Origin: Elusimicrobia bacterium RIFOXYA12_FULL_51_18
GTDB taxonomy: Bacteria; Elusimicrobiota; Elusimicrobia; Elusimicrobiales; UBA9959
Length of the DNA stretch: 64,000 nt
Direction: 5' to 3'
Assembly: GCA_001800245.1 (NCBI GenBank)
Contig: MGVA01000059.1
Span: 1,810 to 65,809 of the forward strand
Part shown: positions 37,696-45,614 of the stretch, piece by piece
How the letters are laid out: every line of letters begins with the position of its first letter
How positions within the stretch are numbered: position 1 is the stretch's first letter
Notes under the pieces: generated by a model
What the model was told of the DNA's origin: nothing
Database searches by the model: none
The model's input: the letters and a program-made list of their open reading frames with translations, nothing else
Program-made: the position numbers and the translations under genes

Positions 37696-37868
37696 TTAAC
37701 AGTCTGCTGAAAAACCCCCTTTCGGGGTTTTTTGGCCTATTTTTGCCTACGCCTTTGCGCTGCTCAACTCACAGTCCCTAGTCGAGAATGCTCGTTTCGC
37801 ATCGCTTCGGCTCGGCTTCAAAATCCGCTCAAAATACCTCCGAGTGGGGTTTTTCAGCAGACTGTTAA
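37696..37868. repeat. MITE-like element bounded by perfect 23-bp inverted repeats (hairpin motif copy C)
   Basis: ttaacagtctgctgaaaaacccc at 37696-37718 is the exact reverse complement of 37846-37868. The left arm also forms aaaaacccc-ctttc-ggggttttt, a bidirectional terminator shape. The interior carries cctttgcgctgctcaac and tcgcttcgg blocks resembling copies A and B. Confidence 0.7.
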
Positions 37869-37925
37869 CGCGCATCATATTGTTCCCAGTGGTATATATA
37901 AGGGGCACCAGGAAATCATGGCCGC

Positions 37926-38117
37926 CTACTTAATTAGTATCGCTTTCACCGGACAGGCCCACATACAACCGCCCAGCCGGTCGCATTTGGTTTCATCAGT
38001 TGCCTTGCATTTCCTGCTTTCCTTGTCCAAATATAGTATCTGTTTCGGGCACATGTTTACGCATTTCCCACAGCCCATACACAGCTTTTCGTCAATGAGA
38101 ACTATTTTATTCGCCAT
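37926..38117 (-). CDS. Small 4Fe-4S ferredoxin
   Basis: 63 aa with CMGCGKCVNMCP and CDRLGGCMWACP cluster motifs. Confidence 0.75.
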   Translation of the reverse strand: MANKIVLIDEKLCMGCGKCVNMCPKQILYLDKESRKCKATDETKCDRLGGCMWACPVKAILIK

Positions 38118-38172
38118 TATTCCCCCTCTGAGTCGGTTTCATCCCAGTCATAAGGAAAGGTTGATCTTGAAC

Positions 38173-38526
38173 TTATTTTATATTCAATACGTCTGCGATA
38201 GCCTTTTCCAGGCCTTCCTTCGGCAGAACGCCGCTTACCATCTGCGGCTGTCCGGTCGCCGGTATTAAAAGCATGGTCGGGATGCTCTGTATGCCGAACA
38301 TGGATGAGAGCTGCTGCTCCTCATCAGTGTTCACCTTGTAAATATCCAGTTTTCCGGCATACTTATCCGCCAACTCGGCCAGCACGGGCGAAAGCATCTT
38401 GCACGGCCCGCACCAGTCGGCGTAGAAATCCACAATACAGGGTTTATCCCCGGCGAATTTCCAATCTTTGTTCTGTTCGAAGTCGAACACTTTTGTCTTG
38501 AACATGTCTTTCGTAAGATTCTGCAT
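38173..38526 (-). CDS. trxA: Thioredoxin
   Basis: FYADWCGPCKMLSPVL active site and ...FGIQSIPTMLLI. Length is 117 aa. Confidence 0.9.
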   Translation of the reverse strand: MQNLTKDMFKTKVFDFEQNKDWKFAGDKPCIVDFYADWCGPCKMLSPVLAELADKYAGKLDIYKVNTDEEQQLSSMFGIQSIPTMLLIPATGQPQMVSGVLPKEGLEKAIADVLNIK

Positions 38527-38538
38527 AGATCCTCCTCG

Positions 38539-38706
38539 CTACCTGTTCATAGTGAATAACAGTCCTAAAAGGGCTCCCCATATAGTGCTTAAATACGGGT
38601 TCTTTACTATCGGGCACATGCCGGAGGCACAACCGACAATTCTATGCCAGAGATACCCCGCTATTCCTCCGGCGGCTATTCCCAGAATAATTTTAAAAAC
38701 AGGCAT
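38539..38706 (-). CDS. Small two-TM protein with an H-x4-C-x4-C-P motif (DUF6132-like)
   Basis: MPVFKIILGIAAGGIAGYLWHRIVGCASGMCPIVKNPYLSTIWGALLGLLF. Start set at the ATG at 38706, after aaggag. Confidence 0.5.
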   Translation of the reverse strand: MPVFKIILGIAAGGIAGYLWHRIVGCASGMCPIVKNPYLSTIWGALLGLLFTMNR

Positions 38707-38822
38707 TTCGGCTCCTTCGCATTTTTCCCCTTCAAATATTAGACGCGCAGAACGCAAAAAGGATGCGCGCCATTTTTAGCGGGCTGATGTCGAGATTGAG
38801 TATGTGGCTGTTTCGGGATGAA

Positions 38823-39368
38823 TCAGCGGAAATCTTTAAGCTGTTTTTTAAGGAGCAATCTTGCGCGATGTAACTTCGACTTCAACGCCGGCAGAGAGAC
38901 TTTTAGCCTGGCGGCCCCCTCTGAATTGGATAGTCCCTCAATATCGCACAAGGTTATGGCTATTCTATAGTCTGGCGGAAGCGCTGCCAAAGCCTTGCTT
39001 ACCGCGCGGCTGAGCTCGTTTTTGAGGGCGTTTTCGCCAGCCGACGGAGTTGACGGGTGTCTGGCGCTTTTGTCCCCGGGTATTTCCGAACTGGCCGTGG
39101 TCTTTGCTTTTCGGAACCGCTGCCAGCAGTTATTGGCGGCGATGCGGTAAAGCCAGGTGCCGAAAGCGGCATTAGCCTTGAAAGAATTTATGTGTTTAAG
39201 CGCGGAAACAAATGTCTCCTGCGCCACGTCGTCCGTCTCCGAAGGCATTCTTGCGCAGACGCTGGAAGCGATCCCGTAAAGCCGGTCCTTATATTTCAGC
39301 ACCAGGGTTTCAAAGGCTTTATCATCGCCATTGCGGGCGCGTGTTATAATCTCGCTTTCTTTTATCAT
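38823..39368 (-). CDS. ECF-type RNA polymerase sigma-70 factor
   Basis: Region 2 (DDVAQETFVSALKHINSF...FGTWLYRIAANNCWQRFRK) and region 4 (LPPDYRIAITLCDIEGLSNSEGAARLKVSLPALKSKLHRAR). Confidence 0.85.
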   Translation of the reverse strand: MIKESEIITRARNGDDKAFETLVLKYKDRLYGIASSVCARMPSETDDVAQETFVSALKHINSFKANAAFGTWLYRIAANNCWQRFRKAKTTASSEIPGDKSARHPSTPSAGENALKNELSRAVSKALAALPPDYRIAITLCDIEGLSNSEGAARLKVSLPALKSKLHRARLLLKKQLKDFR

Positions 39369-39625
39369 TCGAGACTTGAAGAATAGCCGGCCATTATGAT
39401 GCGGTCTTCTCCGCTTCCGTTTTTTGAATTTGCTGCGGCATGTTTCGGATCAGGCAAATAAGCCCTGTCCATTTTCCGGTATCTCGATAGCCCGACCGTG
39501 ATGGCGGCTATTCCGGCCGGAATACAGGCGATTCCTGCGGTTAGAAACCAGCTGTCATGCGGAAAATGCGCAATCGAGACGCCCGTGATCAACAATGTCA
39601 CACCTGAACGCAGGTATGCAAGCAA
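39365..39625 (-). CDS. DUF202 (YidH-like) membrane protein with an uncertain start
   Basis: LAYLRSGVTLLITGVSIAHF plus a second TM. The ORF-track start is a TTG. The conserved NERT motif lies upstream of it, in open frame but without ATG, GTG or TTG. Confidence 0.5.
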   Translation of the reverse strand: MLAYLRSGVTLLITGVSIAHFPHDSWFLTAGIACIPAGIAAITVGLSRYRKMDRAYLPDPKHAAANSKNGSGEDRIIMAGYSSSLE

Positions 39626-39741
39626 GGTTCGTTCATTCGTCAGAAGAGTTCTGTCAATCGCAAGCTCGTCCCTAAGTATGAGATCGTTGCCGTCCGAAGC
39701 GTAAGTAGTTAGAGTCTTTCATAACATTCATTGTTCCCTAA

Positions 39742-40443
39742 TCATAGACCCATAAATGTAACAGCCACTCCACACATTAAAACCGCGAAACCGGAGAGTG
39801 CATGCGAATACCTTTCAACCTTCCGGAGAGGCAATAGCTCAATCCCGCGCAAAGTCGCTAAAACCATGACCATCATTGTGGAGATAGTGGTGAGCGCGAA
39901 AACCGCCGTAACGGCGAGTACCCCGCTCATGCTGCTTTTGGCAGCCGGGTACATAAGCAGCGGGATAAGCGGCTCGCAGGGGCCGAAAACAAAAATCGTG
40001 AATAATATCCATGGAGTGATGTTAGCTTTTTTAGTGTCGTGGACGTGGGCGTGTTCCTCGGCGTGAGCGTGTGTATGAATATGCCTGAATCCGGCGTGAG
40101 CGTGCGAATGCTCGTGTTCCCTGGCTGAATATGCCTTCTTGATCCCCCAGATAAAATATAACAGGCCGAATACTACCAGCAGCCATCCGGCAATTCCGCC
40201 ACGGAAGGATTCTATGTTCTCCAGGCTGGTTACTTCCGCGCCGAGATAAACCCCGGCAAACCCCAATACTACCGAACTCCCGACATGACCAAGGCCGCAG
40301 ACTAATGTAATAACGCCGGTTTTCAAATAAGACCAGTCACGGGCTTTGGCCATTGCGATAAAGGGCACATAATGGTCAGGCCCGAGCAAGGTGTGAAAAA
40401 AGCCAATCGAAGCGGCAGTAATCACCAGAACGCTTGAATCCAT
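39742..40443 (-). CDS. Integral-membrane metal transporter with a His-rich loop (NicO/RcnA-like)
   Basis: Six TM segments, FHTLLGPDHYVPF near TM1, and a central loop SAREHEHSHAHAGFRHIHTHAHAEEHAHVHD. Confidence 0.5.
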   Translation of the reverse strand: MDSSVLVITAASIGFFHTLLGPDHYVPFIAMAKARDWSYLKTGVITLVCGLGHVGSSVVLGFAGVYLGAEVTSLENIESFRGGIAGWLLVVFGLLYFIWGIKKAYSAREHEHSHAHAGFRHIHTHAHAEEHAHVHDTKKANITPWILFTIFVFGPCEPLIPLLMYPAAKSSMSGVLAVTAVFALTTISTMMVMVLATLRGIELLPLRKVERYSHALSGFAVLMCGVAVTFMGL

Positions 40444-40496
40444 GTTGTCTCCTGGGATGTGTCTGTATTTTTATACTAGCATTTTCTTCTTCGGGC

Positions 40497-40796
40497 TTAT
40501 TTAGCTAATATCAGCGCGCAGATCTGCTTTGGCGTGTTCTGTTCAGATAGCTGCGAGCAATAAAGGAGGCCAGCGCCAGGTCTGCCGGATGCAGGTGCGG
40601 CATGAGATATTTGCATGCGGGAGGTGGATTCGATATAGAGACGTGATAAGCTATGGATGTTGGGCAATATTTCCAGGCGCCCACGCGTGGTTACGATATC
40701 AAGCTGAGCATTCTTAGACAGGCCCAGTTTCTTCGCAGCGTCGGCTGGAAGAATTATGGTGGTGTCATTTATTGCCTTGGTCTGAGACTTTTTCAT
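40497..40796 (-). pseudogene. AbrB/SpoVT-like domain fused to a decayed, truncated radical-SAM N-terminus
   Basis: TIILPADAAKKLGLSKNAQLDIVTTRGRLEILP (AbrB-like) is followed by RLYIESTSR. A +1-shifted frame then reads CKYLMPHLH where a radical-SAM CxxxCxxC would sit. The ORF ends about 40 codons later. Confidence 0.4.
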
Positions 40797-40831
40797 GGTT
40801 CTGTCGGCTTTGTGCCGGGCAACAAGCGTTC

Positions 40832-41905
40832 TTAGGCCTTGCTCTCGGGTAAAGTGGTTGAGGTTGCGAACCAGCGCCGGCCTATCCATAGGGATACGTT
40901 TACCAGGCCTATAAGCACCGGCACTTCCACCAGCGGGCCTATGACCGCCGCGAACGCCGCGCCGTGGCCTATGCCGAAGGTGGCTATCGCGACCGCTATA
41001 GCCAGTTCGAAGTTGTTGGAAGCGGCGGTAAACGACAGCGTGGCCGATTCATTATAGGAGGCCCCGGCTTTTTTGCTCATCCAGAACGAGACGAAGAACA
41101 TCAGCATGAAATAGATCAGCAGCGGTATCGCTATCCGCACCACATCCAGCGGGACCTGCACGATGTTTTCGCCTTTTATGGAGAACATGACCACAATAGT
41201 GAACAGCAGAGCTATCAGCGTGAGCGGGCTGATCACATGAATGAATTTCTGCGAATACCAATCCTTACCCTTAGCCGCTATAAGCGAGAAGCGTGTGATT
41301 ATGCCCGCTATGAACGGTATGCCCAGATATATGAACACGCTTTTCGCAATTTCTCCCATGGTAATGTTAACTTCCGCGCCCTGAAGCCCCAACCAGCGCG
41401 GCACCAGTGTGACGAAGAAATATGCGTAAACGGAAAAGAACAGCACCTGGAATACGGAATTAAAAGCCACAAGCCCGGCACAGTATTCGCGGTCGCCCTT
41501 GGCCAGGTCGTTCCAGACTATAACCATGGCTATGCAGCGGGCCAGACCTATCATTATAAGACCCACCATGTATTCCGGTTTATCTCTGAGGAATATGATT
41601 GCCAGGGCCGTCATCAGCGCGGGTCCCACCACCCAGTTCTGGACCAGCGACAACGCCAGAACTTTTTTGTTGGCAAACACCCTGTGCATCTCTTCGTATT
41701 TAACCTTGGCCAGCGGCGGATACATCATCAGTATCAGACCGATGGCTATCGGTATTGAAGTAGTCCCGACGCTCGACGCGGCGTTAAATTCGGCAACGGC
41801 AGAGGGCCAAACCCAGCCTACACCTACACCCACGGCCATCGCCGCGAATATCCATACAGTAAGATAGCGGTCCAGAAAAGAAAGTTTTGCTATTATTCCG
41901 TTCAT
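40832..41905 (-). CDS. acr3: Arsenite efflux transporter, ACR3 family
   Basis: [32 protein letters not shown]-terminus, ~10 TM segments, 357 aa, within an ars cluster. Confidence 0.9.
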   Translation of the reverse strand: MNGIIAKLSFLDRYLTVWIFAAMAVGVGVGWVWPSAVAEFNAASSVGTTSIPIAIGLILMMYPPLAKVKYEEMHRVFANKKVLALSLVQNWVVGPALMTALAIIFLRDKPEYMVGLIMIGLARCIAMVIVWNDLAKGDREYCAGLVAFNSVFQVLFFSVYAYFFVTLVPRWLGLQGAEVNITMGEIAKSVFIYLGIPFIAGIITRFSLIAAKGKDWYSQKFIHVISPLTLIALLFTIVVMFSIKGENIVQVPLDVVRIAIPLLIYFMLMFFVSFWMSKKAGASYNESATLSFTAASNNFELAIAVAIATFGIGHGAAFAAVIGPLVEVPVLIGLVNVSLWIGRRWFATSTTLPESKA

Positions 41906-41920
41906 TTAATTCTCCTTCTT

Positions 41921-42379
41921 TCAGTATTTCACTAAACCCGAAACAAATTCTTTTATTTCATCGCGGACGCGGCGGTAATAAGCCAGGGCCTCTTCCTCAT
42001 TTTTGGCCGCTTTAGCGAGGAAGGGCGGGTCCTCAAAACTTTGATGCAGTTTACGGGCTTTGCCAAACCACACCGGACAGCTTTCACGCGCTTTGGCCGC
42101 TTGATGGGCATTGCCCTTGTGCGGCACTGGCATAGCCTTGTCGCAGACTGTCACCACAAGGTCAAAAGCGATATCCTTGAACTCGCTGACATGCTTTGCT
42201 CTGTGGGTGGAGATATCCACTCCGGCCTCGGCCATTACTTTGATCGCGCGCGGGTCCACGATGCCTGGGTTTGTCCCGGCGGAGTAAGCCTCAATAAGAT
42301 CCGGGTGCAGTTTCCTGGCCCAGCCTTCCGCCATCTGGCTGCGGCAGGAATTTCCCGTGCATAGAAAAAGGACTTTCAT
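41921..42379 (-). CDS. arsC: Arsenate reductase, LMW-PTPase/thioredoxin-coupled type
   Basis: MKVLFLCTGNSCRSQMAEGW P-loop. Start set at the ATG at 42379. About 13 extra residues sit between the VTVCD and SCPV cysteines. Confidence 0.85.
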   Translation of the reverse strand: MKVLFLCTGNSCRSQMAEGWARKLHPDLIEAYSAGTNPGIVDPRAIKVMAEAGVDISTHRAKHVSEFKDIAFDLVVTVCDKAMPVPHKGNAHQAAKARESCPVWFGKARKLHQSFEDPPFLAKAAKNEEEALAYYRRVRDEIKEFVSGLVKY

Positions 42380-42451
42380 GGAATCTCCAATTGCTAGTGG
42401 CAGCAACCTCCGCCCTGTTTTGACATGCCTTTTATTTCCATTTTTTATCCC

Positions 42452-43228
42452 TCAGGCTGTTTTCGGCTTTTTCGCCAGAACCGTTATACTGGAAGCGGCG
42501 CCATCCAGCGCTTTCCCGGCCTTTTCCGTTATCGGGTCGGAGCAGGTGCCGGAGGCGGAATAAAGCCGGTCGGAAAGCAGTTTTATCCAGGCGAACCCGG
42601 CCGCTTTTATCGCGCCCAGATAATCGCGCCGGATAAGGGCTCCGGCCACGCAACTGGCGTAAAGTCCCGCGTGCTTTTTAAGAGCCGGCGGCAATTCCCT
42701 GTTCAGCACTATATCGCTGACCACTATGCTGCCGCCGGGTTTCAACGCGCGGAACGCTTCCCGGAAGACAGCCGGTTTGTCGGGTGACAGGTTGATTACG
42801 CAGTTGGAGATTATCATGTCCGCCTCGCCGTTCTTCACGGGAAGTTTCTCAATAACGCCCTTCCGGAACTCCACGTTCTTAAGGCCGGTGCGCAGGGCGA
42901 ACTTCCCCGCGTTCTTCGCGGCCAGTTTAAGCATATCCGGAGTCATGTCCACGCCTATTGACAGACCCTTGTGGCCTACTTTCTCAGCGGCGATAAACAC
43001 GTCCTTGCCTGCGCCGCTGCCCAGGTCCACCACGGTCATGCCCTTTTTCAACTTTGAAAAGGCCACCGGATCGCCGCAGGAAAGCCCCATGTCCCCCTCG
43101 GACGCGGAAGTAGCGGCTCCGCCGCAGCAGGAAGAGCCAGAGCAGCAGGAGGTTGAGTTTCTGGCGACCTCGCCGTAAGCTCTTTTCACCAGCAGGTGTG
43201 TGGTCGTGTGTTTTTTATTTACAGTCAT
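42452..43228 (-). CDS. arsM: Arsenite S-adenosylmethionine methyltransferase
   Basis: Cys-rich N-terminus (CCSGSSCCGG), SAM motif VVDLGSGAGKDVF, ISNCVINLSPDK, LKPGGSIVVSDIV. Confidence 0.8.
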   Translation of the reverse strand: MTVNKKHTTTHLLVKRAYGEVARNSTSCCSGSSCCGGAATSASEGDMGLSCGDPVAFSKLKKGMTVVDLGSGAGKDVFIAAEKVGHKGLSIGVDMTPDMLKLAAKNAGKFALRTGLKNVEFRKGVIEKLPVKNGEADMIISNCVINLSPDKPAVFREAFRALKPGGSIVVSDIVLNRELPPALKKHAGLYASCVAGALIRRDYLGAIKAAGFAWIKLLSDRLYSASGTCSDPITEKAGKALDGAASSITVLAKKPKTA

Positions 43229-43251
43229 AGTCGGTTCTCCTTAGTAAATGG

Positions 43252-43641
43252 TCAGCATTTGCAGCCTATCACACAGACGCCGTCGCGGCGCAGGGCCAGC
43301 CTTTTTTCAAGCCGGGCGATGTCGCCCGCCACTATTCCGCAGCAGGGCGCTGGCTTGGCCAGGCGCTTTACGAACGCATTCAGCGGCCCGGCCCCGGGAA
43401 CCAGTGAATACATGGCCCAGCGGCCGCTTTTTTCCTTCCTTATTATGCCGGCCGCGCAGAGCGCGCCCAGGCAGCGCGAGACGTTGTACTGGCTCTCACG
43501 CATCGCGTCCACGAGTTCGCAGACGCACACTGGCCGGCCCGCCCGTGCCAGCAGCGCCGCCGCCCGCAGGCGCTTGGGCTCCGCCAGCGCCTTAAGCGCT
43601 TTTACGGAGGCGTTGATATCCCGGTTGTCGTGTTTCGCCAT
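43252..43641 (-). CDS. arsR: ArsR/SmtB-family metalloregulator with a Cys-rich C-terminal tail
   Basis: LKALAEPKRLRAAALLARAGRPVCVCELVDAMRESQYNVSRCLGALCAAGII. Start set at the ATG at 43641. Confidence 0.8.
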   Translation of the reverse strand: MAKHDNRDINASVKALKALAEPKRLRAAALLARAGRPVCVCELVDAMRESQYNVSRCLGALCAAGIIRKEKSGRWAMYSLVPGAGPLNAFVKRLAKPAPCCGIVAGDIARLEKRLALRRDGVCVIGCKC

Positions 43642-43659
43642 ATGCACATTGTTGCATAT
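43640..43659. promoter_or_regulatory. Inverted repeat (candidate ArsR operator) overlapping the arsR start codon
   Basis: atatgca-N6-tgcatat with perfect 7-bp arms at 43640-43646 and 43653-43659. A TTGACA lies at 43671-43676 on the minus strand just upstream. Confidence 0.4.
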
Positions 43660-43739
43660 ATAAACATGGTTGTCAACACCGCGCCACGCCAGGACAACAG
43701 GAACCGCGGCGGCGGTCAAGGCTGGCGGCGTTAGGCGTG

Positions 43740-44432
43740 TCAGAGGATGCCGAAGCTGTATTTAAGTCCCAGATAGACCCCGCAGGCTATGAATATCCAG
43801 GCGGTGGCGGGTTTTGCCCAGCGTTCGAACTTCCCGGCCAGGCCGGTTATTGCGGAGATCTTTTTAAGGCCGAAATCGAGAACCACCGCCATGCCTATCA
43901 CCGGCAGGGCGGTGCCTATGCCGTACAGCAATGGCAGCGAGAACGGGGCGGTGGTGTTCGCCGCCAGCGGTATTATGACGCCGAAATAGAGGGCGGCGGA
44001 TATAGGGCAGAAAGCCAGGGCAAAAAGAAAGCCCATGATCAGGGAGGAAACCGCCCCCCCTTTGGCCTTGAATTTTGAGAGGTCAAGAAGATTGAATCCG
44101 ACAAAGCCCCGCCCGAACATGTCCAGCATATACATCCCGGCCAGCACCAGCACGGGTGACAGCGCCTGGTTGCCGTATTTCTGCATAAAGAACGAGAAGG
44201 AGGGCGCGCTTAACAGGCTTTTTACCAGCAGGAAGCCTATGACGATATAGGCCACCGCCCGGCCCAGGGCGTAAAGCAAGCCGTGCAGCAGCACGGCCAG
44301 CTTGTGTGAGCCCGAATGCTTGGAGATATAGGTCAGCGCGGCTATATTAGTGGCCAGCGGGCAGGGGCTCACCGAGGTGATAACCCCTGTCCACAAGGCC
44401 GTCAATGCCGCCGCCCAGAATTCAGCGCTCAT
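43740..44432 (-). CDS. CcdA/DsbD-like thiol:disulfide transmembrane electron-transfer protein
   Basis: Six TM segments, SPCPLATNIAALTYI in TM1, and a conserved Pro/Gly pattern in later helices. Confidence 0.7.
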   Translation of the reverse strand: MSAEFWAAALTALWTGVITSVSPCPLATNIAALTYISKHSGSHKLAVLLHGLLYALGRAVAYIVIGFLLVKSLLSAPSFSFFMQKYGNQALSPVLVLAGMYMLDMFGRGFVGFNLLDLSKFKAKGGAVSSLIMGFLFALAFCPISAALYFGVIIPLAANTTAPFSLPLLYGIGTALPVIGMAVVLDFGLKKISAITGLAGKFERWAKPATAWIFIACGVYLGLKYSFGIL

Positions 44433-45010
44433 TTCTCGTCCAGCAGTTTATGCGTTTCATCAGCGATATAATTCAGAAACCCGTCTTTATCGCCGAGCAG
44501 CTGCCATACTTTTTCCAGCTTTGCATGTTTGAGGGCCTTCTCTCCGGAGAACTTCTGCACCACCACCGACTTTGAGTTAAGCCAGTAGTCCTGAACAAAA
44601 TGTTTGTCAGGCTCTTCCTCCACGTTTACGCCCTTAAAAACCACTTTCCAGCCTTTATAATCGGAAGTAAAGTGTTTCTCCACCGCTTCCCGTGTATATG
44701 CCTCTATGGTTTTGCAGGAAGAACAGCGCGTATTGGTGTAGAAGTAATAAACCACTGCGGTTTTCCCTTCCGCGACGGACTTAACCGCTTTTTTTGCGGT
44801 TGCCGGAGCTTTCGGTTCAGACTTAACCGCAGGCTGGACCGGTTCCACTGGCGCAGTCACCGCTTCAACAGGCGTCCCGGGTGCTTTGGGAACTGCGACC
44901 ATTTTGTACGCAGCCGCCGCTATGCTCACGCCCACAAAGGCCAGGAGCACGAATTTTAACGCTTTCCCCGTGCTTTTGGGCGTGGGGTTTTCAGATAAGT
45001 TGTTTTGCAT
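44429..45010 (-). CDS. Membrane-anchored thioredoxin-fold protein with one CxxC (ArsF-like?)
   Basis: N-terminal TM anchor, an Ala/Pro-rich linker, then VVYYFYTNTRCSSCKTIEAYT. The family name is from recollection only. Confidence 0.5.
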   Translation of the reverse strand: MQNNLSENPTPKSTGKALKFVLLAFVGVSIAAAAYKMVAVPKAPGTPVEAVTAPVEPVQPAVKSEPKAPATAKKAVKSVAEGKTAVVYYFYTNTRCSSCKTIEAYTREAVEKHFTSDYKGWKVVFKGVNVEEEPDKHFVQDYWLNSKSVVVQKFSGEKALKHAKLEKVWQLLGDKDGFLNYIADETHKLLDEK

Positions 45011-45356
45011 GTTTATATACCTTTTCTATGTTACGCTCGGTTATTACGGTTTTTCCCTTCTCAAAGCCGCAGTCTGTCACCTTCAGATGTTTGAATTTTT
45101 TAACACCGTGAGTTTCCAGTGTTTTCTTGGCGCAGGCCACCGGGCAGCCGTCCAGGGCTATTACCAGGTCAGCCCCGTTTGCGGAGGCTATGAAACCGCT
45201 GATATTGGCTCCAACACCCGCAAGACAACTAAGTTTCACACAGGTCTCTTTGGAGAGGAGCCGCGCAGACCTGTCAGCCAACTCCCCTACATCCGCCGCA
45301 CCTGAGCAGGGAAACACCAGCATCGCTTTCCCGCCGCATGCACATTGTTCTGCCAT
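44991..45356 (-). CDS. DGC-domain putative zinc-binding protein
   Basis: MAEQCACGG...VFPCSGAADVGELADR...ALDGCPVACAKK. Length is 121 aa. Confidence 0.6.
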   Translation of the reverse strand: MAEQCACGGKAMLVFPCSGAADVGELADRSARLLSKETCVKLSCLAGVGANISGFIASANGADLVIALDGCPVACAKKTLETHGVKKFKHLKVTDCGFEKGKTVITERNIEKVYKHAKQLI

Positions 45357-45357
45357 A

Positions 45358-45603
45358 CTATTTAGCCTCCGATATTATCTTCTTAAGTTCTTCCACAGAA
45401 GGGATCTTGGACGCGAATTTAACTTCGTCGTTTATTGCCAGCGCGGGCGTCATTATAACGCCCATATCCGTTATCTTGTTGATATCGGCTATCTTTTCCA
45501 TCTCGTACTCGATCCCCAGCTCTTTAGCGGCCGCTTCCGCCGCCGCATAGAGTTTGGCGCACTTGGGACAGCCCATACCAAGTATCTGTATTTTCTTTTT
45601 CAT
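45358..45603 (-). CDS. Small thioredoxin-like protein (redox-active disulfide protein 2 type)
   Basis: MKKKIQILGMGCPKCAKLYAAAEAAAKELGIEYEMEKI. Length is 81 aa. Confidence 0.75.
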   Translation of the reverse strand: MKKKIQILGMGCPKCAKLYAAAEAAAKELGIEYEMEKIADINKITDMGVIMTPALAINDEVKFASKIPSVEELKKIISEAK

Positions 45604-45614
45604 ATATTCCTCCG

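Noticed and set aside
37732-38268. 178-aa plus-strand ORF spanning the intergenic element, the ferredoxin gene and the thioredoxin gene.
   Set aside because: It starts inside the inverted-repeat element and runs antisense to two well-supported genes (fdx, trxA). It has no motifs.
40964-41758. 264-aa ORF antisense to acr3. Similar long shadow ORFs are found at 57949..58662, 28691..29203, 29528..30223, 9865..10683, 3140..3982, 4456..5172 and 1139..1831.
   Set aside because: Each is fully nested antisense to, or out of frame with, a gene with strong family motifs. Their compositions are His/Arg/Gly-rich, as expected for shadow frames.
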